From IMG/VR virus record IMGVR_UViG_3300043640_000065, positions 1 through 41,897 of that record: a stretch of 41,897 bases of DNA; one strand, 5' to 3'. How positions within the stretch are numbered: the stretch's first letter is position 1; the number at the start of each line of letters is the position of its first letter. The translations under genes and the position numbers were made by a program. A model generated the notes under the pieces. That model saw only the letters and a list, made by a program, of their open reading frames with translations. It did not search any database and had not been told where the DNA came from. This DNA is from a virus. Shown here in pieces: positions 24,492 to 34,021 of this stretch.

Positions 24492-25442
24492 TTAAATACC
24501 TTCTCCTACTATGATAGAAAGCGGATAGTAAATCGATACACCACCGAATCTAGATTCGCAAGGGATCACGAATTCAAGGTTACGCTCTTGTGGCCCATAC
24601 TGAGTGAATGGCAACGGGATAGCCATTTCTAGCTTATTGTCATTCTTTTCGTAAGCAACCATAACGTCTACGCCACCGATTCCTTGACCTGCCAATTTTG
24701 GCACTGGAATTACTTGACGAATGAAAGGGTTATTCATAAGGAAGTAATTCAAGATTGTCGTATCGGAGTTAGCAGAGCGAGGAGTCGACGCGATCAACGT
24801 ATATTGTTCCAAGGGGAGCAATAGCGTATCAGGCATTTCAACTTCGTTCGAGTTAACGACGATCTGATTAACAATCAAGTTCATGTCGCGCAAAATTTGA
24901 TCCGGAGTCTTGTTAACCCAAGCAGTTGGCCCACCGGGCAAAGCGCCTGCACCATCAGCCGGAACCGTTTGAGTTGGCACGTTAGGATTGTTTAACAATC
25001 CAGTCATACCGACCGCAGGATTACCGAAGAATGCTAGGTTATCGACCATTTGATCGTTAGCTCTTCGCGCAGCTTCTGCAAGCTTCAAGCTAAGATCCAT
25101 ACGATTCATTTGAGCTGCTCTAATCTCTTGGTGCGAGATACGGTAGCTAGTACCAATACCTTGAACCGGGTTAGTCAACTGAGTACCAAGCAAGCCTGAT
25201 TCTGGAAGATCGTCAGCGTAAGAATTGATAATTCTAGCGCGTCCAACTGCCTGAAACTGGGTAGCTGTGATATATTCAGCACCTGCCGGAATGTTATAGT
25301 TGATTGGGATCAACTGAAACGACTTTAGGGCTGGGTATTGAAATTCGTAAACCTTGGCTTGAACATATTCAAGCTGACGGGCAAAGAAGATGTCTCCGCC
25401 TGCATCAAGATTTAAACTTTTAAAACCATCTTTTTTAAACAT
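24492..25442 (-). CDS. Major capsid protein
   Basis: 316 aa, AGGAG SD, downstream of the scaffold and decoration genes. N-terminal FFARQLEYVQAKVYEFQYP.. resembles capsid proteins paired with this scaffold type. Confidence 0.7.
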   Translation of the reverse strand: MFKKDGFKSLNLDAGGDIFFARQLEYVQAKVYEFQYPALKSFQLIPINYNIPAGAEYITATQFQAVGRARIINSYADDLPESGLLGTQLTNPVQGIGTSYRISHQEIRAAQMNRMDLSLKLAEAARRANDQMVDNLAFFGNPAVGMTGLLNNPNVPTQTVPADGAGALPGGPTAWVNKTPDQILRDMNLIVNQIVVNSNEVEMPDTLLLPLEQYTLIASTPRSANSDTTILNYFLMNNPFIRQVIPVPKLAGQGIGGVDVMVAYEKNDNKLEMAIPLPFTQYGPQERNLEFVIPCESRFGGVSIYYPLSIIVGEGI

Positions 25443-25457
25443 TTAGCCTACTCCTGA

Positions 25458-26285
25458 TTAAGGTATGTTAAGTTCTAAAACAGCAATACCGCCTACAACT
25501 CCGTTACCTTCGCGCCAAATAGCTGAAGTTACAGGGATAAGAACAGCAGATCCACCGTCCGCATCGCCACGGAATGCGCCAAGCTGTGTGTTTAAGCCGT
25601 TAGGCGCAACACGCAAGTAAACTGGGCTATTCGAGGTAATGACTGTTTCAGGCACAACATAGATTCGACCTTGTGTAAGAGTCGGAGCAACTTCACCTTG
25701 AAAGTAAGGATTAGGCGCACCGCTTGACAATGCCAAGTTCGGCCCGGTGTATGGAAACCACGCATTCATCTTGTTGTAAATGGACTGAGTTACGCCGAAG
25801 AAAGTTCCGCTTTGGCTTGCTGTAGTAGTTACGGTAGCTTGTGAAGCACCACCGGTCACAGTAAAGACAGTTACGTTAGTTGCAGTTCCAACGTCTGAAA
25901 TAATTGTGATAGTACGGTTGCTTGCTCCGCCAACTGTAGCGCTTGCTACTGAAGGGATCGCAGCGATTGCGTTAGCAACTGCTTGCATAGTAAGCAAGTG
26001 AGAAGTTGCAAAAACAACCGGAGTAATCGCAACGCCGTTAACTGTCGCATTGACTGTATTACCTGTGATTAAGTCCGCAGAAAACGCGCTTGAAGCGGTG
26101 TCATTTCGCGGTAGCATAATCTTGTAATCAAGGTTAAAAGGCTTCATAACACCAACGGCAGCCGGAATATTCTCTAAGCACTGAGGCGATAGAGTATTCT
26201 TAAAACCGCAATCGGCAATCCTTCCGGGAATGCCAATCGGCATATCGAAAGGATAAGCATTCTGAAAATAAGCTGGAGCTGACAT
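25458..26285 (-). CDS. Head decoration/cement-like protein carrying one display module
   Basis: Lies between the scaffold and the capsid gene. aa 66-152 match the module found in the sheath and baseplate J. Confidence 0.5.
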   Translation of the reverse strand: MSAPAYFQNAYPFDMPIGIPGRIADCGFKNTLSPQCLENIPAAVGVMKPFNLDYKIMLPRNDTASSAFSADLITGNTVNATVNGVAITPVVFATSHLLTMQAVANAIAAIPSVASATVGGASNRTITIISDVGTATNVTVFTVTGGASQATVTTTASQSGTFFGVTQSIYNKMNAWFPYTGPNLALSSGAPNPYFQGEVAPTLTQGRIYVVPETVITSNSPVYLRVAPNGLNTQLGAFRGDADGGSAVLIPVTSAIWREGNGVVGGIAVLELNIP

Positions 26286-27454
26286 TATTTATCCCCCTTA
26301 GAATTTATCATGTTTTTTTGATCTTCCATCATTTTTTGACGGGCTTTAGCTGTAGGGCTTTCACCGTCAAATTTAGAATCTTTCTCTACGAAATCCACGT
26401 TATCGACGTTTACTTTAGCTGAAGTCTTTTCGTCTAAGATAGTGTCGAACATCGCTTCAACGTAAGCAGGGGATTTGCCATCAAGGCTAATGCTTTTACG
26501 GCATTGGCCGATAATAGCTTTCTTAATGTCTAAATCACTCATCGAGTCAAGATTAGCTCTTTTGGATTTTTCTAGCGTTTCTTCTGCGCACTTGAGTACT
26601 CTAACGCGCTCTTGAACTGCTTTATTAAAACCTGCGGAATCCATTTTAGCTTCTGCAACAGTAGCACCGTCTTTTTCTTTCGGATTGTCCACGCGCTCTT
26701 TGTAAGAATCGCGCTCGGCTTCTGTCTTGTCTAGTTTGTCGCGGATCATACGAATTTCATCGTCGACGCGCTTCTTTTCATCTTCCAGATTCTTAAGGTC
26801 TGCAAGAAGGCGATCAACGTAATCCGCAGTCTGTGGCTCTACCATGACTTCTTCTTCGTCGATCTTAATCTTTCTTTTGGCCATTTGTTCTACCTCTGTT
26901 AAAATTTCCACTGTATCTTGACTATCTAAAGCGATCCGTGCCTCGCCACCGGCGCGCGCTTGATTGACAATCGCCAAATGATTATAACGAATATTCTTTT
27001 GACGAAAGTCATAAGGCTCGCCGTTGTATGACCCGGCTTCCGGGTGCAAGTCCACGGTATAACCAAGCGACAGCTCTTTGCGTCCCTGATTCTTAATCCA
27101 ATCAACGCCGTCTTGATCGGAGATCACAACGTTAGCTAGAATATAGTCGCCGTCTTTCTTGATTGTTTCACCGGTGTAACCGATAGCCAGTTTCTTGAAA
27201 TTCTTGGCATTGACTAATTTTTCATCAGGGTGATTATTAGTGACGGGGATAAGCTCCATTGACGCAATAGAATCGGAATCCCATACGTCATCAGGGTGAC
27301 GCAATTCACGTCGGATAGAACCGTCAGCGTTGCTATAAAGAAAAATACCCGTCCGAGTGACAACCGCGTTAGCACGGATATAGCCTTCTTCGGTGACGGT
27401 AGCATCGCCTCTTACTAGCCCTCGATCGAATCTTGATACTTTTTCTACTGTCAT
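26285..27454 (-). CDS. Scaffold (possibly prohead protease-scaffold) protein
   Basis: Globular N-terminal about 190 aa, then a highly charged coiled-coil region. Lies between the MuF-like and capsid genes. Confidence 0.6.
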   Translation of the reverse strand: MTVEKVSRFDRGLVRGDATVTEEGYIRANAVVTRTGIFLYSNADGSIRRELRHPDDVWDSDSIASMELIPVTNNHPDEKLVNAKNFKKLAIGYTGETIKKDGDYILANVVISDQDGVDWIKNQGRKELSLGYTVDLHPEAGSYNGEPYDFRQKNIRYNHLAIVNQARAGGEARIALDSQDTVEILTEVEQMAKRKIKIDEEEVMVEPQTADYVDRLLADLKNLEDEKKRVDDEIRMIRDKLDKTEAERDSYKERVDNPKEKDGATVAEAKMDSAGFNKAVQERVRVLKCAEETLEKSKRANLDSMSDLDIKKAIIGQCRKSISLDGKSPAYVEAMFDTILDEKTSAKVNVDNVDFVEKDSKFDGESPTAKARQKMMEDQKNMINSKGDK

Positions 27455-27735
27455 TTTTTATCTGGGTCTAAGTGAGGGTACTTTTTATAAACTTGTCTTC
27501 GTATGCAGTCAGGATTTTTAGCATTGTGCGCATACGCTAGGGCTGATCGCGCCCTCTCTTCTGTATCTATAGGGTATGAACCGGGATTACCGCAAGCATT
27601 TCCGGCCATATTTTCAGCGGAAACATTGGCGTACTCACCGACATTTGAACCACCCGGACGATTCTTTAATTCATGTTCTCTTGAAGCTGAAACCATCATG
27701 TTTCTAGCGATCTTAAATTCACCTTTGCTTGCCAT
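27451..27735 (-). CDS. Hypothetical head-module protein (94 aa)
   Basis: ATG 27735 preceded by GAGGGG. ATGA coupling downstream. Confidence 0.5.
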   Translation of the reverse strand: MASKGEFKIARNMMVSASREHELKNRPGGSNVGEYANVSAENMAGNACGNPGSYPIDTEERARSALAYAHNAKNPDCIRRQVYKKYPHLDPDKK

Positions 27736-28672
27736 CAAACAACCCCTCTATAATTGGAATTGGAACACATCGGCAATTAACATCGACCGAAGTATGGACG
27801 TTAGTTCCGTTTATGGTTGATCTTTTTACCCACTTTCCGGTATTCTCATCCAAGAAAACGGTCGGATCATCCCATCTACAGACTTTTCCGTCTAAAACTC
27901 TATGATCGGGACGGACTCTTTCATCGCCTGAAGTCTGCCATCTGTAGGTAGTAATGCCGGTTTCTTGCTGCCTAAGCTTAGTCAAACTACCATTCAATTT
28001 TGAAGTTTGATCTCTCGCAATCAACTTAGCATGTCTGCGAGTAATTCCAAAACTTTTTTCTATAGTTTCTGCTATCGATTCATAGCTTGAACCTTCTTGT
28101 AGTCCTCTTTGCACTGCGCCACTGACTCGCTCAATCTCATTATCAGTCATATTTTTAATTAACTGGCTATTTTGATTAGCAAAAAGTTCAAGTTGATCCT
28201 TTAACCAAGGCTCCTCTAAGAAAATATCAATGCCCAAAACTGAGTTGACGGTCTTCTCATATTGGACTTGGTTAAAAACTGCAATCTCTAAACCGAATAC
28301 CTTAGCTTTCTGTATAGTTTGTTCTTGCTTTGGTAGCAATAAAATTTGAATGTACGCCATCGTTTCGTTTAAAAAATCAATAAAATTGTCTTTTCTTATG
28401 ACTTTTTGGCTGAAAGAATCGAAGGTGATATGAGGATCAACGGGATCGGGATAAGAGGCAGTAGCTGCGGAAAGCATCAGGGGAATGCGAGGCAAAAGAA
28501 CTTCGGTTATGACTTCACGAATTATAAAGGTAAATTCGTAAAGCGCCCTTCGATATCCTCTTTCGGGATTGTGAGGAAAAAGCCAAGCCGGGGGCTTCTT
28601 AAGCTTCTTTAGCGTTCCGTCTTTCTTGCTGTTTCTCTGACGGATCTTTTCTAGAAGTACCTTTGAAACCAT
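27719..28672 (-). CDS. Head morphogenesis protein, Mu F / SPP1 gp7-like
   Basis: YRWQTSGDERVRPDHRVLDGKV and C-terminal NCRCVPIP motifs. Position after the portal. Confidence 0.8.
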   Translation of the reverse strand: MVSKVLLEKIRQRNSKKDGTLKKLKKPPAWLFPHNPERGYRRALYEFTFIIREVITEVLLPRIPLMLSAATASYPDPVDPHITFDSFSQKVIRKDNFIDFLNETMAYIQILLLPKQEQTIQKAKVFGLEIAVFNQVQYEKTVNSVLGIDIFLEEPWLKDQLELFANQNSQLIKNMTDNEIERVSGAVQRGLQEGSSYESIAETIEKSFGITRRHAKLIARDQTSKLNGSLTKLRQQETGITTYRWQTSGDERVRPDHRVLDGKVCRWDDPTVFLDENTGKWVKRSTINGTNVHTSVDVNCRCVPIPIIEGLFDGKQR

Positions 28673-28681
28673 TTAACACCG

Positions 28682-28846
28682 TTAAGTTTTATCGTCTGGC
28701 TGAATTTCTTTTTTATGAATCAATGAGGCTCGCAGGATAGCTAAGACCTTTTGATTCAATATTTCTTCGGGTGAAAGCTCTTCATCTGATTCGCTTTCCG
28801 CATAACTCCAATCTGCCCACTGATCTACCGGGGGAATGGAAGCCAC
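28682..28846 (-). CDS. Small acidic ORF (54 aa, GTG start) directly after and in frame with the portal stop
   Basis: Hand translation: ASIPPVDQWADWSYAESESDEELSPEEILNQKVLAILRASLIHKKEIQPDDKT. Fills the portal-MuF gap. Confidence 0.3.
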   Translation of the reverse strand: MASIPPVDQWADWSYAESESDEELSPEEILNQKVLAILRASLIHKKEIQPDDKT

Positions 28847-30388
28847 TTAACGACCAACGACAATAACATCGTTTCCGGCATTTCCATTTCCTAAATAATC
28901 GGGGCCGATAGTAGGCTCCGGAGGCATGTTCTTAATTTCTTCTGCTTTCTTGGATTCAAGCTCTCTAGTTTCTTCGGCATTGTATCCACCTTCGCGAGCT
29001 TCTTCGTCTATGATCGTATTCATCGACCAACGATCACCGCCGAAGCGAGAAACGGCTACTTCTGTAGGATCAAGTACGCCTCGATCGATATAAATCGCGT
29101 CAGTCTCGGCAACAGTTCGGCGCATAACGGCTTCTTGTTCCTCGGTGTTCTGCCATAGAGGCGTAAATTGTATTGACCAGTTTTCAGGCTCTACACCATG
29201 AAAGGAGCTGTATTCTGATTTCATGATATAAAAAATAAGCTTCTCAATAACTGGCTTAAGCTTCATTTCTTGGTGCTGCTTGACCATGTCATAAAAGTTT
29301 CGAATGTCAGCGTCACCAGTGGCATTTAATCCAGCCGGCGCCCGTCCAAATAGGAGGGTAATCGGAATTCCTGTGACTGAGCTAACCGAGAGCATAAACC
29401 TATCCAAAAGATCGCTAATGCCGGCAACGTTCGTACTAAGCTTTTCATATATTTCCTCTCCATCAAGCACCATCATGTTAGTGACGCCCTTGCTCAAGTT
29501 GGCAAAATCAAGGCGCTTCATTATCGTTCTATCTGCTTCATCGCAGCTTTGAACTAAAGAATTTGATAAACCGGGGATCTTCAAAATACCGTTGACGAAG
29601 TCTTGCATTATAGCTGAGGTATTGGCAAAAGCTGCCCCGTAATTCTTCAGCTCATTGTAAATCGAAACCATGACCGAATCGCCCCAACCTTGATTCCAAT
29701 TTCGCGCGCGCGGTGGCAACTGGCCCCAATCCATGCGCAATACTCTTGAGAAATGCACAACGAACATAGCGCCGGTGCGATAGTCTGTTACTTGATAAAA
29801 GAGGGGAAGGCCATAGTTTTCATCGTTAAGGTCTGTAGAAATATAGTCATAATTGATCTGCACTTGCCATCTATCGAATACCTGCAACCAATTGACTGAC
29901 TTGATATTTTCAACGTTGACCGGCTCATTAAGAGCGCGACCGTCAGCAATTCCCATGACAGCGATAGCACCGCCATAAAGTCTTGACCAGCTAATCAATT
30001 CATTCAGCTTGCAATTGACGTCTAGCTCTTCGAATTTCCCTAAAACCTCGCCTTCAGGATCTCCGTCAATTTCGAAACCTTGTCGGAGCATTTCAGCCGG
30101 GACAATGTCAATGACTCTCTTTGTGAGGCCGTCAGCCCTATATAACTCATCAAGCTCAATAGGACTAAATATGATACAAGAGCGAAAGCATATCGCAGTA
30201 GTTTTGTCGCGTCCACGTACACCTAGCCCGTTTAAAATGTTCATCCAACCATCAACGCGATTGTCATCTAATCGCTCGCCTGTTAGATTAATCACCCTAG
30301 AAGAAAAGTCCGGTCGTACCGGAGTAGGGTATTTACCCGTCACTTTGGCGGTATCGCCACGGAAAAAACTCTTGAGTGTTTCAAACAT
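28847..30388 (-). CDS. Portal protein
   Basis: 513 aa immediately downstream of the large terminase and upstream of the MuF-like gene. AAGGTA SD. Confidence 0.8.
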   Translation of the reverse strand: MFETLKSFFRGDTAKVTGKYPTPVRPDFSSRVINLTGERLDDNRVDGWMNILNGLGVRGRDKTTAICFRSCIIFSPIELDELYRADGLTKRVIDIVPAEMLRQGFEIDGDPEGEVLGKFEELDVNCKLNELISWSRLYGGAIAVMGIADGRALNEPVNVENIKSVNWLQVFDRWQVQINYDYISTDLNDENYGLPLFYQVTDYRTGAMFVVHFSRVLRMDWGQLPPRARNWNQGWGDSVMVSIYNELKNYGAAFANTSAIMQDFVNGILKIPGLSNSLVQSCDEADRTIMKRLDFANLSKGVTNMMVLDGEEIYEKLSTNVAGISDLLDRFMLSVSSVTGIPITLLFGRAPAGLNATGDADIRNFYDMVKQHQEMKLKPVIEKLIFYIMKSEYSSFHGVEPENWSIQFTPLWQNTEEQEAVMRRTVAETDAIYIDRGVLDPTEVAVSRFGGDRWSMNTIIDEEAREGGYNAEETRELESKKAEEIKNMPPEPTIGPDYLGNGNAGNDVIVVGR

Positions 30389-30391
30389 TGT

Positions 30392-31750
30392 TTACCTTGC
30401 CAGTGCTGTTAAATTATAGCTATTTGAGTTAATCATAAGAAAAGCACCGCTGAGAGCATCCACAATGTCATCGTGTTTGCCTTCTGGAAAGTTTTCAAGC
30501 TCTCGAAAAAAATCATCGTTCCATTTTCCACGGAGTATCTTAATATTCCCTGCCTCGGCTTGCGCACTTACGGGGGACGCACGCGTTACCTTATCTTTCT
30601 GAACCTTGTTTCTACGCACATTATATCCCTGCAATAACCTTGTCAAGTGATCTGCTTCGCTAACGCCGGCTTGTCCCGGATCTTCTTCAACACCGATTCT
30701 AACTTGAATGGTATCGCGTATAGCTGTGTTTTTTATAACAGTCTGCACGCCTAGGGGACTGTCTTGTATTCTTACCATATCGGTGATATAAAGAATATTA
30801 TTTATATCCTTTTCAATTTTTATTCCGACAGTAAAATCGGGATCATTCGTTTCAGTCTTCTTCGTAGCTGCTCGATCCCAATACCGCACACGATCAACGG
30901 TTTTAGGGATAGCATCGACAATCTCAAAGTATCCCTTTTGAAAGTAAAGGCCGGCACTGGGCTTGATATTCCAATTTCCATTAAGCAAGCGTTCGCGTTC
31001 TACACGGGGGAGCGCGTGCAAATTGGCTAGATAACCGGGATCGGCAGCGAGTAGTTTTTGATTATCAAAGATAGAGGCCGAAATAAAAGTGAAGGACTTC
31101 GGAAGGCATTCGGGATATTTTTCATGTAAAGCAGCTTTACTTTCACCCCAAATAATTTCATCGTTAAGCTGAATGAAGTAGCGAATCTTTCCGGATCTTT
31201 CCGGAATTGCTAGGCCGGTTTCTCCGTCAATCCACCAATCAATGAATTCCCTCACCCACGAATCGGCATCCGGGTTAGTAGTCGCCCGAATGTATGGCTT
31301 TACTCCGCAGGTCGACCGATTACGGGACATCATATAGAAAAACTGCGCGCGCGTGAAATGCGTCAGCTCATCGAAGATAATTAAAGGAATCTGCGCGCCT
31401 TGCCAAGAAAGCACATCGTTTTCATACTGCAAGTGCGCAAATTTAACCGTCGAAGGCGTAGGAAAATCCCACTCTAAGGTCGTTTCTTTTGGTACGCCTC
31501 CTAAATGAGGATTGGAATAGATTTGCATAGACGTATCCCATAAACCGCCTTGGTTTCTTACCATCGTTGAATTACGACGAAAGATCACTGTACCGAAGTG
31601 CGGTACATGCAAATGAAAGATTGGCTCTAAGAGTACGGCAAATGTTTTACCAGCTCCGGCAGCGCCTCCATAAATGCAAATGTCAGCCCGGCATTTAAGG
31701 AACTTAGTTTGAGGCCCTCTCTGTGGCCCTATGCCATCTTCTCTTTTCAT
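30392..31750 (-). CDS. terL: Terminase large subunit
   Basis: Walker A GGAAGAGKT, Walker B-like LIIFDELTHF, C-terminal nuclease-like acidic motifs. ATGA coupling to TerS. Confidence 0.85.
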   Translation of the reverse strand: MKREDGIGPQRGPQTKFLKCRADICIYGGAAGAGKTFAVLLEPIFHLHVPHFGTVIFRRNSTMVRNQGGLWDTSMQIYSNPHLGGVPKETTLEWDFPTPSTVKFAHLQYENDVLSWQGAQIPLIIFDELTHFTRAQFFYMMSRNRSTCGVKPYIRATTNPDADSWVREFIDWWIDGETGLAIPERSGKIRYFIQLNDEIIWGESKAALHEKYPECLPKSFTFISASIFDNQKLLAADPGYLANLHALPRVERERLLNGNWNIKPSAGLYFQKGYFEIVDAIPKTVDRVRYWDRAATKKTETNDPDFTVGIKIEKDINNILYITDMVRIQDSPLGVQTVIKNTAIRDTIQVRIGVEEDPGQAGVSEADHLTRLLQGYNVRRNKVQKDKVTRASPVSAQAEAGNIKILRGKWNDDFFRELENFPEGKHDDIVDALSGAFLMINSNSYNLTALAR

Positions 31751-32313
31751 TCCTCCTCTTCATCCTTCATGGGCATAAAGAAAGGTTTTCCCACTGTCTC
31801 ACCGTTCGAAGTGACATCCACTTTGTCTTTAGATCCCCATTCTTTATGGTGGCGTCTAGCTAAAAAGTCCTTAGCTGCTTGCCAGTTTCCCGGCATTTCT
31901 TTTTTCCAGTAACCTAACACTTCCTCTTCGCAAGCTCTCTCGGCTTCATGAACATCGTTTAAAAACTTTGAAAACTTTGTCTCTAAACCATTTGCTAAAT
32001 CCTCTTCACCTTGCTTTTTCCACGCGTTTAACGTGCCGTATGAAATTCTTGCAACTCCGGCAGCGCATTCATATGTATTGCCATTTCTCAAGCAAAGAAT
32101 GATTTTAGGCGCAGCTTGATCAAAAGAAGAAGGCCGGCCACCCTTGTTTTTCTCGGGTGCGGGCACGGGAAATGAATCGATTGAAACGGGTTTTACTTCA
32201 ACGCCTTTTTCTTCGGCTGCAAGCTTTTTCAATAGAGTCTTTTCTTTAAAAGTTCTTTGATTAGCTGGCTTAGCTTTGATCTTTTCCTTCGTTTTGGTCG
32301 GTTGCTTTTTCAT
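31747..32313 (-). CDS. terS: Terminase small subunit
   Basis: Basic N-terminus and an HTH-like segment GNTYECAAGVARISYGTLNAWKKQG. Directly upstream of terL. Confidence 0.6.
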   Translation of the reverse strand: MKKQPTKTKEKIKAKPANQRTFKEKTLLKKLAAEEKGVEVKPVSIDSFPVPAPEKNKGGRPSSFDQAAPKIILCLRNGNTYECAAGVARISYGTLNAWKKQGEEDLANGLETKFSKFLNDVHEAERACEEEVLGYWKKEMPGNWQAAKDFLARRHHKEWGSKDKVDVTSNGETVGKPFFMPMKDEEEE

Positions 32314-32575
32314 CGTCTTCCCTGTAGTTTTCAGATATTTTTGCTAGTTCTTCGTCAGAGCAACGGCCACCGCAAGTATCATCGCCCATCATTTTGCAGA
32401 TAGCGCCTTTCAGAGCTTCGGCTAAATCGTTAGCCTCTTCGATCTTTAAGAAACATCCGATCTTCTTATCGTTGACCACTAAAGCAAGCTCAATCGCGCC
32501 ATAATCTTTATCGGCTTTGATTGTGATTCCGTTAGCGCCCTTATTTTCGGCGCAAGCACCTGTTTCTTGTGTCAT
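32270..32575 (-). CDS. Hypothetical protein (101 aa), acidic
   Basis: ATGA coupling upstream. 44-nt overlap with terS. Confidence 0.5.
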   Translation of the reverse strand: MTQETGACAENKGANGITIKADKDYGAIELALVVNDKKIGCFLKIEEANDLAEALKGAICKMMGDDTCGGRCSDEELAKISENYREDDEKATDQNEGKDQS

Positions 32576-32841
32576 GGTTTTTTATCCTCTTGGGGGGTTG
32601 TTACTATAGCAAATACCTTTTTATCTTCTGCAAAGGCAAAGAGAATTTCTTGAAAAGCTTTGTCTCTTTCGCCGGCAGTCTTAAAGGGAAAAAAGTTTAA
32701 TTCTTTATCGGGTACGATGGAAGCCGTATCCGTAAACATTATGTAATATAATTCTTCGTCGCATCCTTCGATAGTATCAGTCTTCCAAAAGGAATGAACT
32801 GTATCGAGGTTTATCACTACGTTTTTGTAAACTATTAGCAT
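32572..32841 (-). CDS. Small paralog family member a (89 aa)
   Basis: N-terminus MLIVYKNVVINLDTV and a late ERDKAF motif, shared with 32835..33122 and 33338..33562. Confidence 0.5.
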   Translation of the reverse strand: MLIVYKNVVINLDTVHSFWKTDTIEGCDEELYYIMFTDTASIVPDKELNFFPFKTAGERDKAFQEILFAFAEDKKVFAIVTTPQEDKKP

Positions 32842-33122
32842 TTTAGACCTCTTTTCTTCTTAGGAATTAGGATTGGCGCCGTGATTACTTGATATTTTGA
32901 TAGGTCAGAATCAAGATAGCAAGTCGTTAATCCTTGGCTAATCGACTGTAAAATCGAAAGAAAAGCTAAATCGCGATCATATTTTGAAGGGAAATCTATC
33001 ACCATTTCTTTTGATTTAACAAATGAAAATAATAGCGAATAAGGCTCCGTAGTCTCGCCTAATTTCTGTATTCTTTCTACGTTTTCACTATTAATTATTA
33101 CTTCGTCTTTTATGATAAACAT
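32835..33122 (-). CDS. Small paralog family member b (95 aa)
   Basis: MFIIKDEVIINSENV..YDRDLAF. TAATG coupling. Confidence 0.5.
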   Translation of the reverse strand: MFIIKDEVIINSENVERIQKLGETTEPYSLLFSFVKSKEMVIDFPSKYDRDLAFLSILQSISQGLTTCYLDSDLSKYQVITAPILIPKKKRGLKC

Positions 33123-33319
33123 TAGTCCTCAATCAATCGAATGGTTACGACCACTTTAGCGCCGAGTGTGTCGCCTCCGAAGTTCTTTGTTGCCTTGGAG
33201 ACTAGCCTATCAATCTCACTGTCTGTAAAGTCAGCTACTACGCTATGACTATAGACGGTCGTCTTCTCTGTCATTGTCTTGTGTTGGTCTTTCACCTTTA
33301 CCGTAATCTCGCACGCCAT
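33122..33319 (-). CDS. Hypothetical protein (65 aa)
   Basis: AGGAGA SD. No motif recognised. Confidence 0.5.
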   Translation of the reverse strand: MACEITVKVKDQHKTMTEKTTVYSHSVVADFTDSEIDRLVSKATKNFGGDTLGAKVVVTIRLIED

Positions 33320-33337
33320 TTGTTTTCTCCTGCACTT

Positions 33338-33562
33338 TCATAATTCGCATACTCTTTCATTTTGCGAGTAAAATCTAACTATCTCATGGAAATCGTCTAA
33401 CATTTCTTTTTGTGTTGAGTACTCTAACTCATTCCAGTAACTACACGATCCTTGCTCTGATAGCATATTCATGCAAAAAATGATCTTATTAGTATCTGGC
33501 TCACAATAAAAGTCCGTGCAATTGTTAAGGTTGATAGCTAAACAATCTCTGACCACTAGCAT
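33338..33562 (-). CDS. Small paralog family member c (74 aa)
   Basis: MLVVRDCLAINLNNC..STQKEMLDDF. 7-nt overlap with the upstream gene. Confidence 0.45.
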   Translation of the reverse strand: MLVVRDCLAINLNNCTDFYCEPDTNKIIFCMNMLSEQGSCSYWNELEYSTQKEMLDDFHEIVRFYSQNERVCEL

Positions 33563-33996
33563 TTGACAACCTCGATATTTATAGGGTATAGCTCTTCGAC
33601 TTGTTTCTTTTTCATAATGAATAAGGGTGTCGACATACCCTTTACGTCGACAAAAGCAACTGACCCATCAGCATAAAAAACCTGAAAGTCGACAAAGTAT
33701 TTAGTATTTCCCGGCAGATCGAAGGGGACTTGCCTAAGAAAGAAAACGACATCACCGTTTTTCTGTAAAGCTTGCAGCTTGAAATAGTAGCTTCGTTCTG
33801 CTTTTGATCCGAACTTGATCGAATCGGCCTCGCATCTCTTGGCTGAAAACTTATGCTTCTTTCGCTTGCTGACTTGGCAGGCAACGCAGCAAAAGACTCG
33901 GTTGACTCCTTTCTCTAATGTCAAACACGGGCTTCCCGTATTAGAGTCAAAGACGAATGGATTCTTGCAAGCATAGCATGTGTAATCAAGTTTCAA
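33556..33996 (-). CDS. Zn-ribbon + DUF1064-like (PD-(D/E)XK-type) endonuclease
   Basis: CYACKN..CCVACQ, then FGSKAERSYYFKL..GDVVFFLRQVPFDL..YFVDFQVFYADGSVAFVDVKG. The only available start is TTG, abutting palindrome copy 3. Confidence 0.55.
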   Translation of the reverse strand: MKLDYTCYACKNPFVFDSNTGSPCLTLEKGVNRVFCCVACQVSKRKKHKFSAKRCEADSIKFGSKAERSYYFKLQALQKNGDVVFFLRQVPFDLPGNTKYFVDFQVFYADGSVAFVDVKGMSTPLFIMKKKQVEELYPINIEVVKC

Positions 33997-34019
33997 TGTA
34001 AAACCGCTTTACATGTAAA
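33996..34019. repeat. Palindrome copy 3 (ATGTAAA-ACCGC-TTTACAT) extended by the 12-bp palindrome TTTACATGTAAA
   Basis: Seen directly. Sits between the stop at 34022 and the TTG start at 33996 on the minus strand. Confidence 0.9.
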
Positions 34020-34021
34020 GT

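Noticed and set aside
12763-26285. Possibility that the repeated modules in sheath, baseplate J and decoration proteins are template/variable repeats of a diversity-generating retroelement.
   Set aside because: No reverse transcriptase ORF exists anywhere in the closed genome. The copies are diverged at the protein level rather than near-identical DNA with adenine-specific differences.
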